Assembly (NCBI GenBank): GCA_035063585.1
Contig: JAPSGB010000002.1
Location: 113,458 to 177,457 of the forward strand
Length of the DNA stretch: 64,000 nucleotides
From: Polyangiaceae bacterium
GTDB taxonomy: Bacteria > Myxococcota_A > Polyangia > Polyangiales > Polyangiaceae
Reading direction: 5' to 3'
Shown: in pieces, positions 10,760 to 19,293 of the stretch
Layout: each line of letters starts with the position of its first letter
How positions within the stretch are numbered: position 1 is the first letter of the stretch
Translations under genes and position numbers: made by a program
Notes under the pieces: model-generated
What the model was told of the DNA's origin: nothing
The model's database searches: none
What the model saw: the letters and a program-made list of their open reading frames with translations, nothing else

Positions 10760-10840
10760 CACCTTACCGCTGGATTCCGCGCCGCACCGACCCCCGGCTC
10801 GGAGTTGATGCTGCCCGGCAAGGGGGATAAGACGAGCGAC

Positions 10841-13800
10841 GTGAGCGAAGCGAGACGGGCCCGGAGACGAGGGCGAGGGCGAGCGCGCCGCAGGGTCGCG
10901 GCTCCCCTCGCGAGAGCGCGCGCCGGCGCCGAGAACGCCCTCGAGGTGATCCGGCTCGGCCGGCTCACGGTGCGTGATGGCGCGCACTATGAGGTGGCGC
11001 ATCGCGACCACATGTACCGGCTGCGCCACTATGTCGCGCCCGGCGCGACCACCGCCGCGCACGCCCCGGTGCTCGTGCTCGTCCCGCCCTTGATGCTCAC
11101 CGCGGAGATCTACGACGTCGCTCCCGAGCTGTCGGCGGTGGCGCAGCTCGGCGTGGCCGGCGTGGATGCGTGGGTGGTCGATTTCGGCGCGCCGGAGCGG
11201 GAGGAGGGCGGGATGCAGCGCACCCTCGACGATCACGTCCGCGCGGTGGCGGACGCGGTCGGTCGAGTGCGCGAGCTGGCGGGGCGCGACGTGCACCTCG
11301 CCGGGTACTCGCAAGGTGGCATGTTCGCCTATCAGGCGGCCGCGTTTCAGCGGTCGGAGGGCATCGCCTCGATCATCACCTTCGGCAGCCCGGTCGACAT
11401 CCACCGGAACGTCCCCGCGCTCGGCGCCGAGCTCACCGCGCGGGTGATCCGCGCGGTGCGCCCCATGATCGAGGCGCCGCTCGAGCGGATGGAAGGCCTC
11501 CCGGGCGTCCTCACGAGCACCGGCTTCAAGCTGCTCAGCCCGAAGAAGGAGATTTCACAGCTCTTCGACTTCGTGAAGAAGCTGCACGACCGGAGCGCGC
11601 TCGAGAAGCGGGAGACGCGGCGGCGCTTCCTCGCGGGCGAGGGCTTCGTCGCCTGGCCAGGGCCCGCGCTTCGTCAGTTCATCGACGAGTTCATCGTCCA
11701 CAACCGCATGCTGAGCGGCGGGTTCGTGATCGACGGGCGGACGGTCACGCTCGCCGACATCCGCTGCCCCGTGCTCTGTTTCGTGGGCTCCCGCGACGAG
11801 ATCGCGCGCCCCGACGCGGTGCGCGCGATCGGGCGCGCGGCGCCGAGCGCCGAGCTCAGCGAGCTCACCGTCCCGGCCGGTCATTTCGGGCTGGTGGTCG
11901 GCTCGACCGCGAGTCGGGAGACGTGGCCGGCGGTCATCGAGTGGCTGCGCTGGCGCGACGCGGGTGGCGCGAAGCCTCCCCGCTTCGCCAGTGAGGAGCG
12001 CGGAGACGACGAACCGGAAGCGCTCGCGGAGATCGAGGACCTCGCCTTCGAGGAGCCGCTCGACATCGAGCTCTTCTATGACGCGGCGCGCGGCACCATC
12101 GAGTCCGCGTGGAAGCGACTCGCGCACCTGATCGAGGACGCCGGGGACGCGCTCGATCACCTCCGCTTCCAGCTCCCGCGCTTGAACCAGCTCGGGAAGA
12201 TGGAGGACGAGACGCGCACGAGCTTCGGGCTCGAGCTCGCGCGGCAGGCGCGCGAGATCCCCGAGCAGACCTTCTTCATCTGGAAGGGGCGCGCGTTCTC
12301 GTACAAAGTCGCCGATCACCGCGTCGACAACGTGGTGCGTGGGCTCATCCACTGCGGGGTGCGCGCGGGCGATCACGTGGGCGTGGTGATGGAGGGGCGG
12401 CCGAGCTACCTCACCGTGGTAACGGCCCTGAACCGCATCGGCGCGATCGCGGTGCTGACCAGCCCGCACGTCGACGACGCGACGCTCGGGCGGGCGCTCC
12501 ACATGGACGAGCTCGCGCTGCTCGTCGCCGACCCCGACCACGCAGCGCGCGCGCATGGGGTGTTCCCCGGGACGGTGCTGGTGCTCGGCGGCGGCTCCGA
12601 GCGCGGGGTGCCGCCCGGCGTGGTCGACATGGAGTCGATCGATCCGGACGCGGTGGCGCTCCCCGAGTGGTATCGACCGAACCCGGGCCGCGCGGCGGAC
12701 GTCGCGCTGATCATGATCACCGCCGGAGACACCCCCGCGCGGGATCGCGCCGCGCGCATCACCAACCGCCGCTGGGCCTTCTCGGCTTACGGGGCGGCGG
12801 CCGCCTGCACCCTCACCCCGAAGGACACCGTATATGCCTGCCTCCCTTTGCACCACCCGGCGGGGCTCCTGGTGTCGGTCGGCTCCGCGCTGGTGGGCGG
12901 CACGCGCCTCGCGCTCGCGACGCGCTTCGACCCGCAGGTGTTCTGGGACGAGGTCCACCGCTACGGCGCGACCGTGGTCTATTACGCCGGCGAGCTCTGC
13001 CGCGAGCTGGTCGACGCGCCGCCGATCGCCGGCGAGCGTGACACGCCGCTCCGGCTGTTCGCTGGCAGCGGCATCAAGCCAGACGTCTGGCGTCAGGTGC
13101 TCGAGCGGTTCCGCGGCGTCGGCGTGCTCGAGTTCTACGCGTCGACGGAGGTGAACCTGGTGCTCGCGAACGCAGCGGGCGAGAAGATCGGCGCGCTCGG
13201 CCGCCCGCTCCCGGGCAGCACCGAGCTCGAGCTCGTCGAGTACGACTTCGAGCTCGATGACTTCCGACGAGACTCGCTCGGTCGGTTCATTCGCGCGGCC
13301 AACGACGAGGCCGGCGTGCTCATCGCGCAGGTCGCGCCTCCGGGCGCGCTCGAGTCCGGCGAGCGCCTGATGGGGAGCGATGCGGCGCGCATCCGCCGGA
13401 GCGTCTTCAGCTCGGGCGACGCCTGGTTCGTCACCAAGGATTTTCTTCGTCGCGACGCGGATGGCGACTACTGGTTCGTCGATCGGCTGCGCGATCTCAT
13501 CCGCGCCGCTCGAGGCGTGATGCCGACGCGGCCGCTCGAGGAGGCGCTCCACGAGCTGCCGGCGGTCGCGCTCGCGATCGCTTACGGGGTCCGGTTGCCG
13601 GGCGCTCACCACGAGGAGCCGGTGGCGGCCGTGGTGCTCCGCCCTGGCGCGCGGCTCGACCTCGATGCGCTGCGACCGGAGCGGGCTCGACCGAGCTTCG
13701 TCCGCGTGGTGGAGCGCATCCCGATGACCGACGGGTACCGGCTCTTGAAGGCGCCGCTCCGTGACCAAGGCATCGTGGTGGACGGCCGGACGTTCTGGCT

Positions 13801-13873
13801 CGATCCCAAGCGAGGGCGCTACGTGATGCTCGACGGCGAGAGCTACGCCGCGGCGCTGACAGCCTCGCCCTGA
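10841..13873 (+). CDS. Fused PhaC-like alpha/beta hydrolase and FATP-type acyl-CoA synthetase (Rv1683-like)
   Basis: LVPPLML, WVVDFG, GYSQGG, GHFGLVVG; AMP-binding region ITNRRWA, LPLHH, EFYASTE, D-FLRRDADGDYWFVDR. Start could be 10808. Confidence 0.85.
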   Translation: MSEARRARRRGRGRARRRVAAPLARARAGAENALEVIRLGRLTVRDGAHYEVAHRDHMYRLRHYVAPGATTAAHAPVLVLVPPLMLTAEIYDVAPELSAVAQLGVAGVDAWVVDFGAPEREEGGMQRTLDDHVRAVADAVGRVRELAGRDVHLAGYSQGGMFAYQAAAFQRSEGIASIITFGSPVDIHRNVPALGAELTARVIRAVRPMIEAPLERMEGLPGVLTSTGFKLLSPKKEISQLFDFVKKLHDRSALEKRETRRRFLAGEGFVAWPGPALRQFIDEFIVHNRMLSGGFVIDGRTVTLADIRCPVLCFVGSRDEIARPDAVRAIGRAAPSAELSELTVPAGHFGLVVGSTASRETWPAVIEWLRWRDAGGAKPPRFASEERGDDEPEALAEIEDLAFEEPLDIELFYDAARGTIESAWKRLAHLIEDAGDALDHLRFQLPRLNQLGKMEDETRTSFGLELARQAREIPEQTFFIWKGRAFSYKVADHRVDNVVRGLIHCGVRAGDHVGVVMEGRPSYLTVVTALNRIGAIAVLTSPHVDDATLGRALHMDELALLVADPDHAARAHGVFPGTVLVLGGGSERGVPPGVVDMESIDPDAVALPEWYRPNPGRAADVALIMITAGDTPARDRAARITNRRWAFSAYGAAAACTLTPKDTVYACLPLHHPAGLLVSVGSALVGGTRLALATRFDPQVFWDEVHRYGATVVYYAGELCRELVDAPPIAGERDTPLRLFAGSGIKPDVWRQVLERFRGVGVLEFYASTEVNLVLANAAGEKIGALGRPLPGSTELELVEYDFELDDFRRDSLGRFIRAANDEAGVLIAQVAPPGALESGERLMGSDAARIRRSVFSSGDAWFVTKDFLRRDADGDYWFVDRLRDLIRAARGVMPTRPLEEALHELPAVALAIAYGVRLPGAHHEEPVAAVVLRPGARLDLDALRPERARPSFVRVVERIPMTDGYRLLKAPLRDQGIVVDGRTFWLDPKRGRYVMLDGESYAAALTASP

Positions 13874-14001
13874 GTCGGAGGCCTGCCAGGCGCGCCGCTC
13901 GGGGCGGCAATCGCGCTCCGCGTCTCGGGCTCGGCCGCGCTCGGGAGCGCGGAGCCCAATCCGCATAGAGCATCTTCCCATCGGAATGAATTGAGGCGAG
14001 C

Positions 14002-16134
14002 ATGGGCCCGATGCACACGCCCACCAGTCCGCTCGCAGGGCGTTATCGGTTCTCCAAGACGATCCAGGTCACCTCGAAGTCGGCGATCTGGCTCGCAACC
14101 GACACGCAGTCAGGTAAGCCGGTCGTCGCGTCGGCGCTCGGCGCGTCGCGCCTCGCGGGGCTCGATCGGGTGGTTGGCTTCGAGCATCCTCATCTCGCGT
14201 CGCTGCTCGCGCTCGTACCGAACCCGGCTCCGAGCGAGCTCCCGTGGGAGGGCGCGCCCATCCAGGCAGCGGCGGTGGCCATCGCGGAGTTCGTCGCGGG
14301 AAAGACGCTGCAGGCACGGCTGAAAGACGCGGCCATCGAGAGCGAGGAGGCGGTCGGGTGGGTGTATGGGCTCGCGGAAGCGGTCGGAGCGCTGCACGCG
14401 CACGGTGGGTTGCACGGCGCCATCTCGCCCCGTGGCGTGATGGTCGAGCCGCGCGGCGGCCGCATCGCGCCGGTGCTCACGCAGCTGCTCACCGCTCCGA
14501 ACGGCCCGTACTGCGCGCCCGAGCGGCTCCGTGGAGGGGGCCCGAGCGCTGCGGACGACACCTGGGCGCTCGCGGGCGTCCTCTACACCGCGCTCACGGG
14601 TGCGCCGGTGTTCTCGGGCACGACGCGAGAAGAGCTGATCGCGAACATGGAGGCCGGTCCGCTGCCGCTCGCGAGCTTCGGGCTCGATGACGAGCTGCTC
14701 AGGGACCTCATGGCTCGCGCGCTCGCTCCCGAGCCGTCGCGACGCATCGTCACGGTCGAGGCCCTCCGCGACGAGCTGGACGACTGGCAGCGAAGCGGTA
14801 GGAAAAGTCAGGTATCGGTCCCATCGCTCGACACGCCAGTCCAGAGCGCGGTCGACGCGTCGACCGATTGGGACGACGACGACGAGAAGACCACGGTCAC
14901 GAGCTCTGCGGTGCTCGCGGCGATCATCGAGCAGGCCAATCGCGCCGGCTCGACCGTCGCGCCACCACCTCCCCGCGACACGCTCCCGACGCCGGCCGCG
15001 CCGCCCTCACCCGAGTCGCCTTCACTCGCAGCGCCCCCCGAGCCTCCGGCGCCGTCGGCGCCGCCGCTGTCCAGCGAAGAGACCGACGCGCTGTCGACCC
15101 TGCTCGGCGACCACGAGGAGCTCGAGGGGCCCACCCAGGTGCTCGGAGCGGAAATCTCGACGCTCCTCGCGGGGGCCGCCGCGGCCGAGCCGACGTCGGA
15201 CCATGCCGGCGCTTCCTCGATGAGCGAGCCGGCTCCCCGCGTGGAGCGGACGCCCTCGCTGGCGCCGCCTTCGGAGCCCGCGAGCGCCGGATTTCCGGAG
15301 CCTCCCGCGCGCGCGGCCTCGGTCACTCCGCCGGTGCCGCCGGGCCTGGAGAGCAAAGCGCCTCGCGCGCGCGGGCGCTCGGGAGTCCTGGCGGCGCTCG
15401 CTCTAGTGTTGGTTGGAGGCGCGGCGGCGGTCTACTCGATGCGCGCGCCAGGGACGACGCTCCCTCCTGCTGGCACGAGCGCGAGTCCGGCCGCGCCGCC
15501 CACGAGCGCGAGCCCCTCGGGCGGCGGCGACCACCGTGAGGGAAATGGGCACACGAGCGGCTCGGGGCCCCGCGCGCCCGCGTCGGCGGTGGCGCCGGCA
15601 GCCTCGAGCAGCGGCGGAACCGAGCGCGCGCCGGACGCCGCGCAGCCCCTCGGCGCGTGCGTGGCGTCCTATTTCCTACCGGGAACCTTCAGCGGCGAGG
15701 AGAACTTCGACTTTCTCTGCCAAGACAAGGACTTTCGCGGAATCAACTCTCAGTTCTACCGGCGCGTCGTGGTCGCCGGCGCCGGCAAGGTCACGCCCGG
15801 CATGCGTGAGTGGTCCGGGCTCGGCTGGTTCGAGATGGCGACCACGGCGGTGGTGCGGGCGCGGTGCTGCCCGCCAACCGTCGCGAGACCGGAGCTACCG
15901 GAGCCGGCCGGCCCCTGCCCGAGCCTCGCCGGCGTCCTCGAGCGCCTTCCGGCGATGGTGACGCGCGAGCGGATCAAGGAAGCCGCGAGCGCCTACGGAG
16001 ACGCGGTCACCTGCATGTACAAGCGGGGCATCCCGCGGCCCTACTCCTACGGCAAGCAGCCGATCGGCTCGAACCAATACCTCTTCGAGCAGTTCCTGAC
16101 CCGCGCCGCCGCCCGTTCACCCCGGGCCGAATGA
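14002..16134 (+). CDS. Ser/Thr pseudokinase with Pro-rich linker, one TM and a Cys-rich external domain
   Basis: Kinase fold remnants (EHPHLASL, YCAPERL, DDTWALAG, PSRR) but HRD replaced by HGAISP, no VAIK Lys, no DFG; TM LAALALVLVGGAAAVY. Confidence 0.8.
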   Translation: MGPMHTPTSPLAGRYRFSKTIQVTSKSAIWLATDTQSGKPVVASALGASRLAGLDRVVGFEHPHLASLLALVPNPAPSELPWEGAPIQAAAVAIAEFVAGKTLQARLKDAAIESEEAVGWVYGLAEAVGALHAHGGLHGAISPRGVMVEPRGGRIAPVLTQLLTAPNGPYCAPERLRGGGPSAADDTWALAGVLYTALTGAPVFSGTTREELIANMEAGPLPLASFGLDDELLRDLMARALAPEPSRRIVTVEALRDELDDWQRSGRKSQVSVPSLDTPVQSAVDASTDWDDDDEKTTVTSSAVLAAIIEQANRAGSTVAPPPPRDTLPTPAAPPSPESPSLAAPPEPPAPSAPPLSSEETDALSTLLGDHEELEGPTQVLGAEISTLLAGAAAAEPTSDHAGASSMSEPAPRVERTPSLAPPSEPASAGFPEPPARAASVTPPVPPGLESKAPRARGRSGVLAALALVLVGGAAAVYSMRAPGTTLPPAGTSASPAAPPTSASPSGGGDHREGNGHTSGSGPRAPASAVAPAASSSGGTERAPDAAQPLGACVASYFLPGTFSGEENFDFLCQDKDFRGINSQFYRRVVVAGAGKVTPGMREWSGLGWFEMATTAVVRARCCPPTVARPELPEPAGPCPSLAGVLERLPAMVTRERIKEAASAYGDAVTCMYKRGIPRPYSYGKQPIGSNQYLFEQFLTRAAARSPRAE

Positions 16135-16160
16135 CGAGGTAGCGGGTATACTGTCGAGCC

Positions 16161-17174
16161 ATGTCGCTCGACTCGGAGCTGGTTCGGCGCGCGAGCGAGT
16201 TCGCTCGCGAGGCTCACGCGGGGCAAGTCAGAAAGGGCGACCCGACTGTCCCTTACTTCTCACACCTCGAGTCGGTCGCGCGGCGGGTCGCCGAGCACGG
16301 GCACGGCGACGAGCTCACGCTGGCGACGGCTTACCTCCACGACGCGCTGGAGGATCAGCCGGACAGCGCGGCCGCGCTACGCGCGAGCTTCCCGGAGCCG
16401 GTGGTGGCCACGGTCGAGCTGCTCACCGAGCGCAAGCGCGATGACCGAGGGGTCAAGCGCCCGAAGCTCGATCGCTTTCGCGACTACCTGCTCGGGCTCG
16501 GCAGAGACGACGAGAGCGCGCGGCGCGCCCGCGTCGTGAGCTGCGCGGACAAGCTCGACAACCTACTCGGGCTCGTCGAGTCGGAGCGCTCTGGCCGCCA
16601 GCTCTTGCTCGAGCTGAACACGCGCCCGGGCCAGTATGCCCCCATGCTCGCGACCTTGCGCGAGCTGTACGCGCCGGTCGTCTCTCGCTCGATGCTGGCA
16701 GCCTACGACGAGGCGACGCGCGCGCTCCTCGAGTACATCGAGTCGTGGCTTCCCGGCCGCGCCGTCGCCATCGCGGCGCTCGCGCACCAAGGTCAGTTCG
16801 ATCAGGCCGGTGAGCCTTACATCGATCACCCGCTCCGATTGATGCTCCGCGCGAGCTCGCCGGCGGAGCGCATGGCGGCGGTGCTCCACGACGTCATCGA
16901 AGACTCCCGGTGGACGCTCGCCGAGCTGCGTGATGAGGGCTTTCCGGAGGAGGTCCTCCGCGCGGTCGAGCACCTCACCCGCCGCGCGGGGGAGACGTAC
17001 CAGGAGTTCATCGGCCGCGTGCTCGAGGATCCGCTCGCGGTACGCGTGAAGCTCCTGGACCTCGAGGACAACCTCGACGTTCGCCGTCTCGCCGAGGTCG
17101 GAGAGCGCGACCTCGAGCGGCTCGCCCGTTACCACGCGGCCCGCCGGCGCCTTCGCGCAGCGCTCGATGGCTAA
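16161..17174 (+). CDS. Tandem double HD-domain protein (two RelA/SpoT-type small alarmone hydrolase-like domains)
   Basis: Domain 1: AHAGQVRK, PYFSH, LHDALED, ADKLDN. Domain 2: AHQGQFD, PYIDHP, LHDVIED, VKLLDLEDN. Confidence 0.88.
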   Translation: MSLDSELVRRASEFAREAHAGQVRKGDPTVPYFSHLESVARRVAEHGHGDELTLATAYLHDALEDQPDSAAALRASFPEPVVATVELLTERKRDDRGVKRPKLDRFRDYLLGLGRDDESARRARVVSCADKLDNLLGLVESERSGRQLLLELNTRPGQYAPMLATLRELYAPVVSRSMLAAYDEATRALLEYIESWLPGRAVAIAALAHQGQFDQAGEPYIDHPLRLMLRASSPAERMAAVLHDVIEDSRWTLAELRDEGFPEEVLRAVEHLTRRAGETYQEFIGRVLEDPLAVRVKLLDLEDNLDVRRLAEVGERDLERLARYHAARRRLRAALDG

Positions 17175-17550
17175 CCTGTACGTGGTGCTCGACGCCGCGA
17201 GTGTCCGTGCCGTGCGAGCGCTCGCGCGCCATCCGGAGCTGCGCGGGGACCACGTCACCTTGGCGTTTCAGGTAGACCCCGCCGATTTTACGCCGGCGTG
17301 GGTCCCGGGCGGAGGCTCGCCGGGAGACATCGTCGAGCTCCGCGCGATCGGGCACGCGGCCGATGCGCGCGTCCAGGCCCTGCTCATCGAGCAGGGAGGG
17401 CTTCGCACCAGACCATGGGACGGCGGAACCCTCCACGTCACGGTCAGCCGGCAGCCGTGGGCGCGCTCCCGCGACTCGAATGCGCTCCTGGCGAGCGGCA
17501 CTCCGGAGCCGCTCGAGCTCGCGCTGTCGGGCGTCATCGCCTGGAGCTGA
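17167..17550 (+). CDS. 2H phosphoesterase (cyclic phosphodiesterase-like)
   Basis: Two HxT motifs (HVTLAF, HVTVS) followed by DSNALL; start overlaps the upstream stop by 8 nt (ATGGCTAA). Confidence 0.75.
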   Translation: MANLYVVLDAASVRAVRALARHPELRGDHVTLAFQVDPADFTPAWVPGGGSPGDIVELRAIGHAADARVQALLIEQGGLRTRPWDGGTLHVTVSRQPWARSRDSNALLASGTPEPLELALSGVIAWS

Positions 17551-17583
17551 GCGCCGATACCCAGCGAGGCTCGGCGCGCTCGC

Positions 17584-18426
17584 TCAGAACACCCAATAGA
17601 GCTCGAGCTCCGGGATCACCATCTTGCCCGGCAGCACGAAGTTGAACGGCGCGACGTTCCAGTTGCCGTACCCGGCCCCGAGCTCCAGGTTGAACGAGTC
17701 GAACGAGAAGGCGACGCCGGCGACCGCGGACCACGCCCCCTTGAAATCGAGCGCCGAGCTCGTGGCGGCCGCGCTCACGTCGATGGTCGTGTAGTCGTCG
17801 GGACGTAGCACGACGCGGCCGTCGGCGCGTGCCAGCTGAAATACCAGGTAGCGCGAGCGGAGGAGCAGCGCCGTGGTCCGGCTGATCCGATACTCGAGCG
17901 CCAGGGTAGCCTGGAAGTTGTCGACGGCGGCGCTGAGCGCTCCCTCGAACGCCTCCGTGTCGAGGCTCCCCTCGGCGCGTACGACCGTGTAGGGTAAGCT
18001 CACGCTGAGCGTGAAGTCTTCGCTCGAGCGAACCGAGAGGCTCGGCTCGAAGGTGCCCGCGGTGATGACGGCATCGCCCGGATGATCGTTCAGGAGCTTC
18101 AGCTCGGACACGTCGAGCCGATACGAGCCAACCTGCACCGCGGCCGTCCACGGCCCCTGGTGGAGGTAGCGCCACTTCACGTGCAGGTTCGGCATGCGAA
18201 TGACCCACGGCGCCACGTAGGTTCCAACGGTGAGCGCGTCGAACACGCCGTATTGAACCTTGAACGGCCCGAGCCGAAGGTCTCGCGCGTGAAGCGTGTA
18301 GGCCGTGCCGTCGGTGAGCTGCTCGCCGTCGTCGTGGTAGGCGCGTGCAGGCGCCGTGCTCGACACCGCCGCGAGGGCCACGGCCGCGGCTAGAACGAGG
18401 ACGAGTCGCCGGTGTCCGCGGTGCAT
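17584..18426 (-). CDS. Secreted/outer-membrane beta-barrel-like hypothetical protein
   Basis: Signal peptide ending APARA, TAYTL motif, alternating beta-strand pattern, C-terminal LYWVF. Confidence 0.7.
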   Translation of the reverse strand: MHRGHRRLVLVLAAAVALAAVSSTAPARAYHDDGEQLTDGTAYTLHARDLRLGPFKVQYGVFDALTVGTYVAPWVIRMPNLHVKWRYLHQGPWTAAVQVGSYRLDVSELKLLNDHPGDAVITAGTFEPSLSVRSSEDFTLSVSLPYTVVRAEGSLDTEAFEGALSAAVDNFQATLALEYRISRTTALLLRSRYLVFQLARADGRVVLRPDDYTTIDVSAAATSSALDFKGAWSAVAGVAFSFDSFNLELGAGYGNWNVAPFNFVLPGKMVIPELELYWVF

Positions 18427-19220
18427 CGCAAAGTCGCCAGCTCGCAATCGAACGTCCCGTTCTTCGCCGACACGCGGAGAGCGCCCGTGGAGCCCCGCGA
18501 GACGATCACCTTCCCTCCCGTGGATTCGACGGCGAAGCTCGGAGAGCGGCGCGCCGGATCCCACTGGAAATCGGCTCGCAGCGCCGCGCGAACGCCGTCG
18601 ATCTCGACCGTCAGGTCCACGTCCATCACGATGACCTGCGTCATGAAATTGGCGAACGTCGCCGACCGACCGATCCACAAGCGAACATCTCCGACGCGCC
18701 CGCTCCCGGAGGCGAGGAGCAGGCGCGACGCGCCACCCACCAGGTACTTGCAGCTCGATGCATCTCCCCAGATGACCGGGTCCAGACCCGCCTCGGAGAA
18801 GTTGACCCGCAAGGACAGCGCCCCGTTCGCCTGGTCCGGCCTCGGCTCCGCGCCCCACCCGGCGCAGATCCTCCGGAGCGAGAGCGTACCGTCGGCGTCG
18901 AGGTCCGGTCGAGGGCGAGCTCCGTCGGTTTCGCTCGGTGTCTGCGCCGCGCTCAGCGTCTCGTCGAGCGCGGCGCCGAGCGGAGCGAGGACGGCGGTGT
19001 CGAGGCCCGTCTTCTCGAGCTCGGCCGCGAGCCGCTCGAAGTCCGCCAGCATGGCCTCGGCCGTGGCGGGCTCGAAGCGGCCGCTCGGGCTCTGATAGAC
19101 CGCGACGAGGTCGCTCATGTCGGGAGGCGTCGGCTTCTCGAGCCGCTCGCGCGGGTCGCCGCAGCCTACGGCATGCCCCATGGCGAGCACGCCGACCAGG
19201 TATCTCGAACCCTGCCTCAC
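18390..19220 (-). CDS. Hypothetical lipoprotein
   Basis: N-terminal LVGVLAMGHAVGC lipobox-like segment; overlaps the next gene by 37 nt. Confidence 0.7.
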   Translation of the reverse strand: MRQGSRYLVGVLAMGHAVGCGDPRERLEKPTPPDMSDLVAVYQSPSGRFEPATAEAMLADFERLAAELEKTGLDTAVLAPLGAALDETLSAAQTPSETDGARPRPDLDADGTLSLRRICAGWGAEPRPDQANGALSLRVNFSEAGLDPVIWGDASSCKYLVGGASRLLLASGSGRVGDVRLWIGRSATFANFMTQVIVMDVDLTVEIDGVRAALRADFQWDPARRSPSFAVESTGGKVIVSRGSTGALRVSAKNGTFDCELATLRCTADTGDSSSF

Positions 19221-19293
19221 GCCCGCAGGGTAGATGGAATTCTGCTCGAACGCACGGCGCTCGAACGCGCGGCGCCGCTCGCCCGCCGGAGCC

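Noticed and set aside
10841..12000. PHA synthase (phaC) call
   Set aside because: The nucleophile is Ser (GYSQGG), not Cys, and the domain is fused to an acyl-CoA ligase; no pha genes nearby.
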